In this document: in pieces, positions 10,501 to 18,037 of the stretch
Layout: each line of letters starts with the position of its first letter
How positions within the stretch are numbered: the stretch's first letter is position 1
DNA from: Candidatus Methylomirabilota bacterium
Lineage (GTDB): Bacteria; Methylomirabilota; Methylomirabilia; Rokubacteriales; CSP1-6
Direction: 5' to 3'
Length of the DNA stretch: 21,170 bases
Assembly: GCA_046726415.1 (NCBI GenBank)
Contig: JBKPAK010000030.1
Location: forward strand, 1 to 21,170
Translations under genes and position numbers: made by a program
The notes under the pieces: model-generated
What the model was told of the DNA's origin: nothing
Seen by the model: only the letters and a program-made list of their open reading frames with translations
Databases searched by the model: none

Positions 10501-11291
10501 TCCCCTGCCTCGACGTCAAGGACGGTCGCGTGGTGAAGGGCATTCGCTTCGTCGACTTGCGCGACGCGGGCGATCCGGTGGAGGCGGCTCTGGCCTACGA
10601 TGCCCAGGGCGCGGACGAGCTGGCCTTCCTCGACATCACCGCCTCCCATGAGGGGCGCGATGTCATGCTGGATGTCGTGCGGCGAACGGCGGCCGGGATC
10701 TACATGCCACTCACCGTGGGCGGTGGCGTCCGGACCGTCGACGATGTCCGCGGCCTCCTGCGCGCGGGAGCCGACAAGGTCTCTCTCAATACCGCCGCCC
10801 TGGCCCGGCCCCAACTGATCCGCGAGGCAGCCGAGCGCTTCGGCAGCCAGTGCATCGTCGTGGCCATCGACGCCCGCCGGCTCCCTGGCGAGGCGCCGGG
10901 TCCACCAGGATCCGCGGAGACGTCGGCCCCGGCGGTGCAATGGATGGTCTACACGCACGGCGGGCGACGGTCGGCCGGACGAGACGCCATTGCCTGGGCC
11001 CAGGAGGCGACCGCGCTGGGGGCCGGCGAGATCCTCCTGACGAGCATGGATCGCGACGGAACTAAGGACGGCTACGACCTCGAGCTGACTCGCGGGGTGT
11101 CGGAGGCGGTCAGCGTGCCGGTCATCGCCTCGGGAGGCGCGGGCTCACTGGAGCATCTGCGCGAAGGACTCGTCGAGGGAAAGGCGGATGCCGCATTGGC
11201 CGCGTCCATCTTCCACTTTGGCATTCACAGCATCGCGGAGGCAAAGGGCTATCTCCGTCGGCGCGGCGTCGAGGTCCGCCTCGAGCCGTGA
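10482..11291 (+). CDS. hisF: Imidazole glycerol phosphate synthase, cyclase subunit
   Basis: [65 protein letters not shown]. Confidence 0.97.
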   Translation: MLTKRLIPCLDVKDGRVVKGIRFVDLRDAGDPVEAALAYDAQGADELAFLDITASHEGRDVMLDVVRRTAAGIYMPLTVGGGVRTVDDVRGLLRAGADKVSLNTAALARPQLIREAAERFGSQCIVVAIDARRLPGEAPGPPGSAETSAPAVQWMVYTHGGRRSAGRDAIAWAQEATALGAGEILLTSMDRDGTKDGYDLELTRGVSEAVSVPVIASGGAGSLEHLREGLVEGKADAALAASIFHFGIHSIAEAKGYLRRRGVEVRLEP

Positions 11292-11944
11292 CGTCCGTGA
11301 CCGTCGACGATCTCCGCTTTGACGAGGCCGGCCTCATCCCGGCAGTGGTGCAGGAGGCGACCACCGGCGAGCTCCTCATGGTGGCGTGGATGGATCGGGC
11401 GGCCGTGGAGGCGACGCTTCGGACGGAGCGCTCGCACTTCTGGTCCCGCTCGCGACAGGCTCCGTGGCAGAAGGGCGAGACATCCGGCCACGTCCAGCAC
11501 GTTCAGGCCATCTATGTGGACTGCGACGGGGATACGCTCCTGGTCCAGGTTCGCCAGGCGGGGGTCGCCTGCCACACCGGGAACCGCAGCTGCTTCTTCC
11601 GATCTCTCGAAGGAGCCCCCGCCGCGGAGACACCAGCCGTCGCCACCATGCTGGAGCGGCTCGAGCAGATCGTGGGCCTGAGGAAGGCGACGTCTCTACC
11701 TGGGTCGTACGTGGCCACGCTCCTGGCCAAGGGAGAGGCCGCCATCTGCCGCAAGATCGGCGAGGAGGCCGTCGAGGTCTTGACGGCGGCCCTTGGGGGG
11801 GAAGGCGACGACCGCCTCGTGGCCGAGCTGGCAGACCTGTGGTTCCACACCATCGTGTTGCTCGGAGCCCGCGGCCTCCCCGCCCGTGCCGTGCTGGAGG
11901 AGCTGGCGCGGCGTCACGCGAGCCACCCGCCCCGGAGCGGTTGA
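11288..11944 (+). CDS. hisIE: Bifunctional phosphoribosyl-AMP cyclohydrolase / phosphoribosyl-ATP pyrophosphatase
   Basis: [30 protein letters not shown] (HisI), followed by [22 protein letters not shown] (HisE). Confidence 0.96.
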   Translation: MTSVTVDDLRFDEAGLIPAVVQEATTGELLMVAWMDRAAVEATLRTERSHFWSRSRQAPWQKGETSGHVQHVQAIYVDCDGDTLLVQVRQAGVACHTGNRSCFFRSLEGAPAAETPAVATMLERLEQIVGLRKATSLPGSYVATLLAKGEAAICRKIGEEAVEVLTAALGGEGDDRLVAELADLWFHTIVLLGARGLPARAVLEELARRHASHPPRSG

Positions 11945-11951
11945 ACGGTCT

Positions 11952-12461
11952 GTGCGCGCATGGCGGGCCAGCGTCGCCGGCCTGGGGATCGCGCTGACAC
12001 TGGCGGCATGTGCGGGCCGGCAGGCGTCTGATTCCGGTCCGTACCGCTCCAGCAAAGGATTTCGCGTGGTGCTCCCGGGCGGGGACTGGCAGGTCATGCG
12101 CGAGAGCCGAGCCGATCTCGAGCTGCGGCACCGTCAGGTGAGGGCCGGGATTCTCGTGAATGCCTCATGCAACCGCGGCCAGGCTCAGCAGACACTCGCG
12201 GCCCTGGATCGGCAGATCCTGGCGGGCTTCTCCCTCCGCGACGTCCAGACGCGCGAGACCATCTCCGTGGCTGGCCGCCAGGCCTCCCACATCGTGCTCG
12301 AAGGGCAGACGAGCCCTCAGGGCGAGCGGGTCCGGGTGGAACTCCTCGCCGTGAGGGGTGACCGTTGCGTCTACGATCTCGTCTACGCCGCAGCGCCGGC
12401 CGATTTCGCCCGGGGGCGCGAGGACTTTCAGCGCCTCGTCGCGACCTTCACCCTGGAGTGA
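11952..12461 (+). CDS. Uncharacterised lipoprotein (169 aa), possibly PsbP/DcrB(DUF1795)-like fold
   Basis: GTG 11952 gives MRAWRASVAGLGIALTLAAC, a canonical lipobox LAAC (Cys20). Fills the gap between hisIE and mlaE with 7- and 6-nt spacers. The fold guess rests on the pattern GFRVVLPGGDW...VAGRQA...VYDLVYAA...F..LV.TF.LE. Confidence 0.75.
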   Translation: MRAWRASVAGLGIALTLAACAGRQASDSGPYRSSKGFRVVLPGGDWQVMRESRADLELRHRQVRAGILVNASCNRGQAQQTLAALDRQILAGFSLRDVQTRETISVAGRQASHIVLEGQTSPQGERVRVELLAVRGDRCVYDLVYAAAPADFARGREDFQRLVATFTLE

Positions 12462-12467
12462 GGAGTC

Positions 12468-13229
12468 ATGGACACCCTGCTCAGGCGGACCGTGATGTGG
12501 TACGGCGACCTCGGGCTCCTCACGGGCAGCGTGGCGCGCAACCTCGTCTTGCCGCGGCCCTATCTCAAGCTGGTGGTGCGGGAGATCGAGGTCATGGGTC
12601 TGCGATCGCTCGGTCTGGCCCTGACCGCGGCAGCCTTCACCGGCATGGTGTTCGCCCTCCAGAGCGCAATCAACCTGGCGCGCTTCGGCGCGGAGAACTA
12701 CGCGGGCCCCCTGGTCGCCATGGCCATCTTCCGCGAGCTCGGCCCGGTGCTCACGGCCATCCTCGTGGGGGGCAAGGTCGCGTCCGGCCTCACCGCCGAG
12801 CTCGGCTCCATGAAGGTGACCGAGCAGATCGATGCCCTGCGCACCTTGGGGGTGAATTACGTCAAGCGCCTGATCGTGCCGCGAGTGTTGGCGGCGGTGA
12901 TCGTCTTTCCACTCCTCACCGTCCTGGCCAACGTCCTCGGGGTGCTCGGGGGAATGTTCACCATGCTGGTCGAGCGCGGCACCGATCTCTACGAGTATTG
13001 GAATGTGACGGCATACTGGGTGGTACCGAGGGATTTCCTGACGGGGATCGGCAAGAGCGTGGTGTTCGGGGCCATTGTGACTCTGATCGGATGCGCGAAC
13101 GGACTCCGCACCGAAGGGGGTACGGAGGGTCTCGGGCGCGCCACCACCGCGACGGTGGTCCAGGTCGCCATGGGCGTCATCGTGTCGGACTTCTTCCTCA
13201 CCAAGCTGCTCTTCATGATCTTCTGGTGA
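12468..13229 (+). CDS. mlaE: MlaE/YrbE-family ABC transporter permease (MCE system)
   Basis: SD GAGGAG. FRELGPVLTAILVGGKVASGLTAELGSMKVTEQIDAL, LIVPR, GGTEGLGRATT. Multiple hydrophobic segments. Confidence 0.93.
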   Translation: MDTLLRRTVMWYGDLGLLTGSVARNLVLPRPYLKLVVREIEVMGLRSLGLALTAAAFTGMVFALQSAINLARFGAENYAGPLVAMAIFRELGPVLTAILVGGKVASGLTAELGSMKVTEQIDALRTLGVNYVKRLIVPRVLAAVIVFPLLTVLANVLGVLGGMFTMLVERGTDLYEYWNVTAYWVVPRDFLTGIGKSVVFGAIVTLIGCANGLRTEGGTEGLGRATTATVVQVAMGVIVSDFFLTKLLFMIFW

Positions 13230-13969
13230 TGCCCGCCATCGTGGAACTGGTCGACGTTCACAAGTCGTTCGACGGGACGGAAGTGCTCCGCGGCGTCTCC
13301 TTGAGCCTGCCCAAGGGAGAGACGCACGTCGTCATGGGTGGCAGCGGCTCAGGCAAGACGGTCATGCTGCGACTCACGGCTGGTCTCATCCGGCCCGACT
13401 CCGGAGGGATTCGCCTGTTCGGCACCCACATCGAGCACCGGTCGGAGGAAGAGTTGCTGCCCCTGCGCCGCCGGCTGGGCTACGTGTTCCAGGGGGCCGC
13501 CCTGTTCGACTCGCTGTCGGTGTACGAGAACGTGGCCTATCCGCTGCGAGAACGCCGCCGGCTTCCCGAGCAGGAGATTCGCACTCGCGTTGTGGACTTC
13601 CTGAGTCTGGTCGGACTGACCGAGGACGTCCTGCCGCAGCTGCCGGCCGAGCTCTCGGGGGGGATGCGGAAGCGAGTCGGGATCGCACGCGCGCTGGTGG
13701 GCGAGCCAGAGATCCTGCTGTTCGATGAGCCGACGGCCGGTCTCGATCCGACCAACTCCAAGCTCGTGGCCGAGCTGATCGCCCAGCTCCGCGAGGGTGT
13801 GTGCGATACCGCGATGGTGGTCACCCACGATCTCGAGCTGACCAAGACCATCGCCGACCGCGTATCGATCCTCATGAATGGCCGCTTCGCGGTGAGCGGC
13901 CCGCTGGAGGCCGTGCTCGATTCGCGCGACGCCGCCGTCCAGGCCTTCCTGGCCGGCGACCTGAGGTAG
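13229..13969 (+). CDS. mlaF: MlaF/Mkl-family ABC transporter ATP-binding protein
   Basis: Walker A GGSGSGKT, VFQGAALFDSL, signature LSGGMRKRVGIARAL, Walker B LLFDEPTAGLDP, VVTHD. TGATG coupling to mlaE. Confidence 0.93.
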   Translation: MPAIVELVDVHKSFDGTEVLRGVSLSLPKGETHVVMGGSGSGKTVMLRLTAGLIRPDSGGIRLFGTHIEHRSEEELLPLRRRLGYVFQGAALFDSLSVYENVAYPLRERRRLPEQEIRTRVVDFLSLVGLTEDVLPQLPAELSGGMRKRVGIARALVGEPEILLFDEPTAGLDPTNSKLVAELIAQLREGVCDTAMVVTHDLELTKTIADRVSILMNGRFAVSGPLEAVLDSRDAAVQAFLAGDLR

Positions 13970-13980
13970 GACGTGAAGGG

Positions 13981-14238
13981 ATGGCGACCGATGTGGGGAT
14001 GTCAGTGGGAAGCAGCATGGTAGCGGCGGCTGCTGAAATCGCCGAGGCGGCGTTGATGAGGCGAGGCAGGAGCGAACGCGCCCCTCGCCGTCGCCAGATG
14101 GGCGCTGCTGAAATCGCCGAGGCGGCGTTGATGAGGCGAGGCAGGAGCGAACGCTCCCCTCGCCGTCGCCAAATTGGCGATGGGGGGTGTTGGGGGGAGC
14201 GGCGCTCGCTCGCCCCAACGTCAATAGTCAACACATGA
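13981..14238 (+). CDS. Possible 85-aa ORF built largely from the 75-bp repeat (doubtful)
   Basis: ATG 13981 preceded by GAAGGG. Open through both 25-codon repeat units. Stop TGA 14236-14238 overlaps the mlaD ATG (ATGA). No recognisable domain. Confidence 0.2.
   Translation: MATDVGMSVGSSMVAAAAEIAEAALMRRGRSERAPRRRQMGAAEIAEAALMRRGRSERSPRRRQIGDGGCWGERRSLAPTSIVNT
14029..14178. repeat. Tandem direct repeat, 2 x 75 bp, each unit with an internal bulged hairpin (REP-like)
   Basis: Units 14029-14103 and 14104-14178 differ at 3 positions. Hairpin GGCGAGG-CA-GGAGC-GAAC-GC(G/T)CC-CCTCGCC at 14060-14089 and 14135-14164. Confidence 0.95.
14189..14219. repeat. Imperfect inverted repeat just upstream of mlaD
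   Basis: GTTGGGG/CCCCAAC (7 bp), a G.G mismatch, then GAGCG/CGCTC (5 bp), loop GCGCT. Confidence 0.7.
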
Positions 14239-15437
14239 ACCAGGAAGCGCGCGAAAGGTGGCTGCGATTCCGGGTGGGCGTCTTCGTGGTCATTGCGCTC
14301 GTGGCCTTCGTGGGCGTCATCTATGTGTTGGGCGCGCGGGCCCGGCTCTTCGAGGCCCGCTATACGATTCACGCGGAGTTCAGCGAGGTTGGCGGTCTGC
14401 CCGAGGGGGCGACGGTGCGGCTGGCCGGAGTGCAGATAGGCCGGGTGTCGTCCGTGCACCTGCCGCCGCAGCCAGGGGGCAAGGTCCGAGTCGACCTCAC
14501 GATCGGCAAGCAGTTCTCCGACCGCATCCGGAAGGATTCCGTGGCCCGGATCGAGACCCAGGGATTGCTGGGCGATCGCATCGTGGAGATCAGCGTGGGC
14601 ACGGCCGATGCCCCGGCGGTGAAGGCGGGTGACGTGCTCGCCTCGCGCGAGCCGATGGATTTCGCCAGCATGGTTGGGGAGGGGGCCCGGACGATGAGGA
14701 GCGTGAGCGCCCTGGCCGAGACGCTCCGGACGACCACGGAAAGCTTCAAAGAGTCGAAGGTCATCGAGGAAGCGGCGGCCACGGTGGGTGCGGCCCGGAC
14801 GATGACGGACCGCGTGGGGCGCATCCTCGAGCGGGTCGAGACCGGTCCCGGGCTTGCCCACACGTTGCTCTACGAGGAACCCATCGCGCTCAAGCGGGTG
14901 AACGAACTCATTGGGCGGACCGAGAATCTCATCGCTCGCGTCGAGCGCGGAGAGGGGGCGGTGGGCGTGCTCACCGGCGAGGAGAGCGGCGCTGCAGCGC
15001 GACGGCTCGTGGCTGCCATCGATCGATTCGCGCAAGTCATGGAGCGCCCGGAAGAGCAAAAGGGCCTGCTGCCGGGGCTCTTGTTCGACCCACAATACCG
15101 CTCGGTCCTCGAGGATTTGCAAGTCGTGGCCCGCAACCTGCGGGAGGTCTCCGAGCGCGTCGCGGGTGGCCGGGGCATGTTGGGCAGCCTCGTGCGAGAA
15201 GAGCCCTCTGGCGGCCTCGGCCAAGCCTCCCAGGATCTCCAGGCTTCTCTCGCCAACCTGCGCGCCATCACGGAAAGAATCAACGAAGGCGAGGGCACGC
15301 TGGGGGCGCTCATCGCCGATCCGACGGTCTACGACCGTCTCGTCGCGGTGCTCGACGGCGCCAGCCGCAGCGTCTTGCTGCGAAGCCTCATCAGGAATCT
15401 TGGGCGCGACGCCGCTAAAGAGGCTCCGAAGAACTAG
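14235..15437 (+). CDS. mlaD: MCE (MlaD-family) protein with long helical C-terminal extension (400 aa)
   Basis: N-terminal TM helix (RVGVFVVIALVAFVGVIYVLG). MCE domain: VGGLPEGATVRLAGVQIGRV, DSVARIETQGLLGDRIVEI. Then helical segments punctuated by GxGxxGxL-like motifs. Confidence 0.9.
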   Translation: MNQEARERWLRFRVGVFVVIALVAFVGVIYVLGARARLFEARYTIHAEFSEVGGLPEGATVRLAGVQIGRVSSVHLPPQPGGKVRVDLTIGKQFSDRIRKDSVARIETQGLLGDRIVEISVGTADAPAVKAGDVLASREPMDFASMVGEGARTMRSVSALAETLRTTTESFKESKVIEEAAATVGAARTMTDRVGRILERVETGPGLAHTLLYEEPIALKRVNELIGRTENLIARVERGEGAVGVLTGEESGAAARRLVAAIDRFAQVMERPEEQKGLLPGLLFDPQYRSVLEDLQVVARNLREVSERVAGGRGMLGSLVREEPSGGLGQASQDLQASLANLRAITERINEGEGTLGALIADPTVYDRLVAVLDGASRSVLLRSLIRNLGRDAAKEAPKN

Positions 15438-16802
15438 ATGGCGCGCGACTCCAGCGTGTATCGCTGCCAGCAATGCGGCTTCGCCAGCCCGAAGCCGGGG
15501 ACGTGCCCGGACTGCCGACGCGCCACCGGCGGACTCGTGCCCCTCGTAGAGGAACGGGGGCGGGCGACTCACGGTGGCAGGCCGTCCGCATCCTCTCTGA
15601 GTCGGCCCATTGCCCTGAAGGAGATCGCCAGCGAGTCGGGGGACCGGCTTGTCACGCGGATCGTTGAGCTGGACCGAGTCCTCGGTGGGGGGGTGGTCAA
15701 GGACTCGCTCGTGCTGATCGGCGGGGAGCCGGGGGCAGGCAAGAGCACCTTGCTTCTCCAAGCCGCTCGCGCGCTCACCGAAGTCAGCCCGCCGGTCCTC
15801 TATGTCTCAGCGGAGGAGTCGGCGGCCCAGGTCAAGATTCGCGCCGATCGACTCGGCGTCGGCGGTGACGGGCTCCTCTTGTGGGCGGAGAACGACCTTT
15901 CTCTGATCGTCAGCGCCCTCGACGAGATCCGACCGCGCGCGCTCATCGTCGACTCAATCCAGACCGTCTATTTGCCCGAGCTGGAATCGGCGCCGGGCAG
16001 CGTTGCCCAGGTGCGGGAGTGCGGAGGGCGCCTGCTCTCGGTGGCCAAGGGACAAGGTCTGGCCACGTTCATCGTCGGGCACGTCACGAAGGAAGGCGCC
16101 CTCGCCGGACCTCGCGTGCTCGAGCACTTGGTGGACACCGTCCTCTACTTCGAGGGTGAGCGCCACCACGCCTATCGCGTCCTCCGGGCCGTCAAGAATC
16201 GGTTCGGCTCCACCAACGAGATCGGCGTCTTCCAGATGAGCGAGGATGGCCTGGCCGAGGTGCGAAACCCGTCGGGCTTCTTCCTGGCCGAGCGGCCGAA
16301 GGACGCGCCCGGTTCGGTGATCGTATCGAGCCTCGAGGGCACGCGTCCGCTGCTTCTCGAACTACAGGCGTTGGTCGCTCCAGCTTCCTTCGGGACGCCG
16401 CGACGGACTGTGCTCGGAGCCGACTACAATCGAGTTTGCCTGCTGCTAGCCGTGCTCGAGAAGCGGGCCGGAGTACCCCTCGGCAACCAGGATGTTTTCG
16501 TGAACGTGGCGGGGGGTGGGCGGGTGACGGAGCCGGCCGCTGATCTCGGGATTGTCCTCGCCGCGGCATCCAGTTACATGGAGCGCCCTCTGCGCGGCGA
16601 TGTGCTGGTCCTCGGAGAGGTCGGTCTCACGGGCGAAGTGCGCGCGGTGACCGGGATCGAGACGCGCCTTCGAGAGGGGGCGGCCCTCGGCTTTCAGCGG
16701 GCGGTGGTGCCGGCGAGCAACCTGACCGATCGGCCGATGCTCTCGCTCGAGGTCGAGGGAGTGGCCACCATCGCCGACGCGCTGGAGCTCCTCCTGCGAT
16801 GA
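15438..16802 (+). CDS. radA: DNA repair protein RadA/Sms
   Basis: C4 zinc finger (CQQCG...CPDC), Walker A GEPGAGKST, VDSIQT, KNRFG motif, Lon-like C-terminal domain (GEVGLTGEVR). Confidence 0.98.
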   Translation: MARDSSVYRCQQCGFASPKPGTCPDCRRATGGLVPLVEERGRATHGGRPSASSLSRPIALKEIASESGDRLVTRIVELDRVLGGGVVKDSLVLIGGEPGAGKSTLLLQAARALTEVSPPVLYVSAEESAAQVKIRADRLGVGGDGLLLWAENDLSLIVSALDEIRPRALIVDSIQTVYLPELESAPGSVAQVRECGGRLLSVAKGQGLATFIVGHVTKEGALAGPRVLEHLVDTVLYFEGERHHAYRVLRAVKNRFGSTNEIGVFQMSEDGLAEVRNPSGFFLAERPKDAPGSVIVSSLEGTRPLLLELQALVAPASFGTPRRTVLGADYNRVCLLLAVLEKRAGVPLGNQDVFVNVAGGGRVTEPAADLGIVLAAASSYMERPLRGDVLVLGEVGLTGEVRAVTGIETRLREGAALGFQRAVVPASNLTDRPMLSLEVEGVATIADALELLLR

Positions 16803-17536
16803 AGAGACGGGGGGGAAGGCTTCGGGTCGCCGTGGTCATCCCCGCGGGCGGTCGCGGCACGCGCATGGGCGGGCGCCTGCCCAAGCAATTCCTGACGATC
16901 GACGGAGAACCGATCCTGACGGCCACCGTCCGGCAATTCGCCGGTCACCCATCTGTCGATTTCGTAGTGGTGGCGGCTCCGGCCGCACACCTCGATCGGA
17001 CTCGCCGGGTACTCGCCCGCCTCGCGCGGCGGGTCGCCCTGACCGTGGTCCAAGGCGGCGCGGAACGCCAGGAGTCGGTCTGGCGGGCTCTCCAGAGCGT
17101 GCCCGAGAAGGCGGACATTGTCCTCGTCCACGATGCCGTTCGCCCCTTCGTCACCCGGAGCCTCATCGACGACATTTTGCAGGCGGCCCTCGAGACAGGG
17201 GCGGCCATCTGCGCGCGTCCCATCGCGGAGACGGTGAAGCGCGTGGCCGAGAGCCTAGTGGCGGAGACCCTCGACCGCCGTGGCCTCTGGGCGGTGCAGA
17301 CCCCCCAGGGGTTTCGGGCGAGTCTCCTGCGCGAGGCGCACGACAAGGCCCGCCAAGACGGCGTCGTGGGGACGGATGACGCCATGCTCGTCGAGCGCTT
17401 AGGGCAGCCGGTGCGGGTGGTGACCGGGCTCGATGCCAATCTGAAGATCGCCACGCCGGAAGACCTCCGCCGGGCCCGCCAGACCACCGCGCGGAGGCCG
17501 GGAGGCGCTCGGCTGCGCGGGCGGCGCAGCCGATGA
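16799..17536 (+). CDS. ispD: 2-C-methyl-D-erythritol 4-phosphate cytidylyltransferase
   Basis: PAGGRGTRMG..PKQF, GGAERQESV, VHDAVRP, VQTPQGF, TDDA, NLKIATPEDL. Confidence 0.96.
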   Translation: MKRRGGRLRVAVVIPAGGRGTRMGGRLPKQFLTIDGEPILTATVRQFAGHPSVDFVVVAAPAAHLDRTRRVLARLARRVALTVVQGGAERQESVWRALQSVPEKADIVLVHDAVRPFVTRSLIDDILQAALETGAAICARPIAETVKRVAESLVAETLDRRGLWAVQTPQGFRASLLREAHDKARQDGVVGTDDAMLVERLGQPVRVVTGLDANLKIATPEDLRRARQTTARRPGGARLRGRRSR

Positions 17537-18012
17537 CGAGAGTGGGCTTCGGCTTCGACCTTCATCCGTTGGTGCCGGGCCGCCCGCTGATCCTCGGTGG
17601 CGTGACCGTGCCGGCCGAGCTGGGTCTCGCCGGGCACTCGGACGCGGATGTGCTCGCGCATGCGATCGGCGAGGCGCTGCTGGGTGCCCTGGCCTTGGGC
17701 GACCTCGGGCAACACTTTCCCGACAGCGATCCACGCTATCGTGGCATCTCAAGTCTGCTGTTGTTGCGCGAGGTGGCTGCCCTCGTCACGGCTCGAGGCG
17801 GCCACGTCGTTAACGTGGATGGTACAGTGCTGGCCCAGGCGCCGCGCCTGGCGCCGTACCTCTCGGACATGGCCGTCCGGCTGGCCGAGACGCTGGCCGT
17901 TCCGCTGGCCACGGTGAGCGTGAAGGCCAAGAGTCCGGAAGGCCTCGGCCTCCTCGGCCGGCGGGAGGGGATCGCGGCGATGGCCGTAGTCGGTGTGGAC
18001 GTGCGGGGGTGA
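17533..18012 (+). CDS. ispF: 2-C-methyl-D-erythritol 2,4-cyclodiphosphate synthase
   Basis: RVGFGFDLH, LILGGV, GHSDADVLAHA, GDLGQHFPD, GRREGIAA. Follows ispD with ATGA overlap. Confidence 0.96.
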   Translation: MTRVGFGFDLHPLVPGRPLILGGVTVPAELGLAGHSDADVLAHAIGEALLGALALGDLGQHFPDSDPRYRGISSLLLLREVAALVTARGGHVVNVDGTVLAQAPRLAPYLSDMAVRLAETLAVPLATVSVKAKSPEGLGLLGRREGIAAMAVVGVDVRG

Positions 18013-18037
18013 GGATCGCCGGGAGCCCGGAGGCCCC

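Noticed and set aside
6246..13229. Long N-terminal extensions in the ORF track for hisG, hisD, hisA, the lipoprotein and mlaF
   Set aside because: The extensions overlap upstream genes out of frame. True starts coincide with stop/start overlaps or with the start of homology.
14029..14178. CRISPR array interpretation of the 75-bp repeat
   Set aside because: Only two units, near-identical along their whole length, with no unique spacer.
3172..15761. Long minus-strand ORFs (e.g. 3172-4995, 5008-6288, 6782-8638, 13872-15761)
   Set aside because: Antisense shadows of well-conserved GC-rich + strand genes, with no recognisable motifs.
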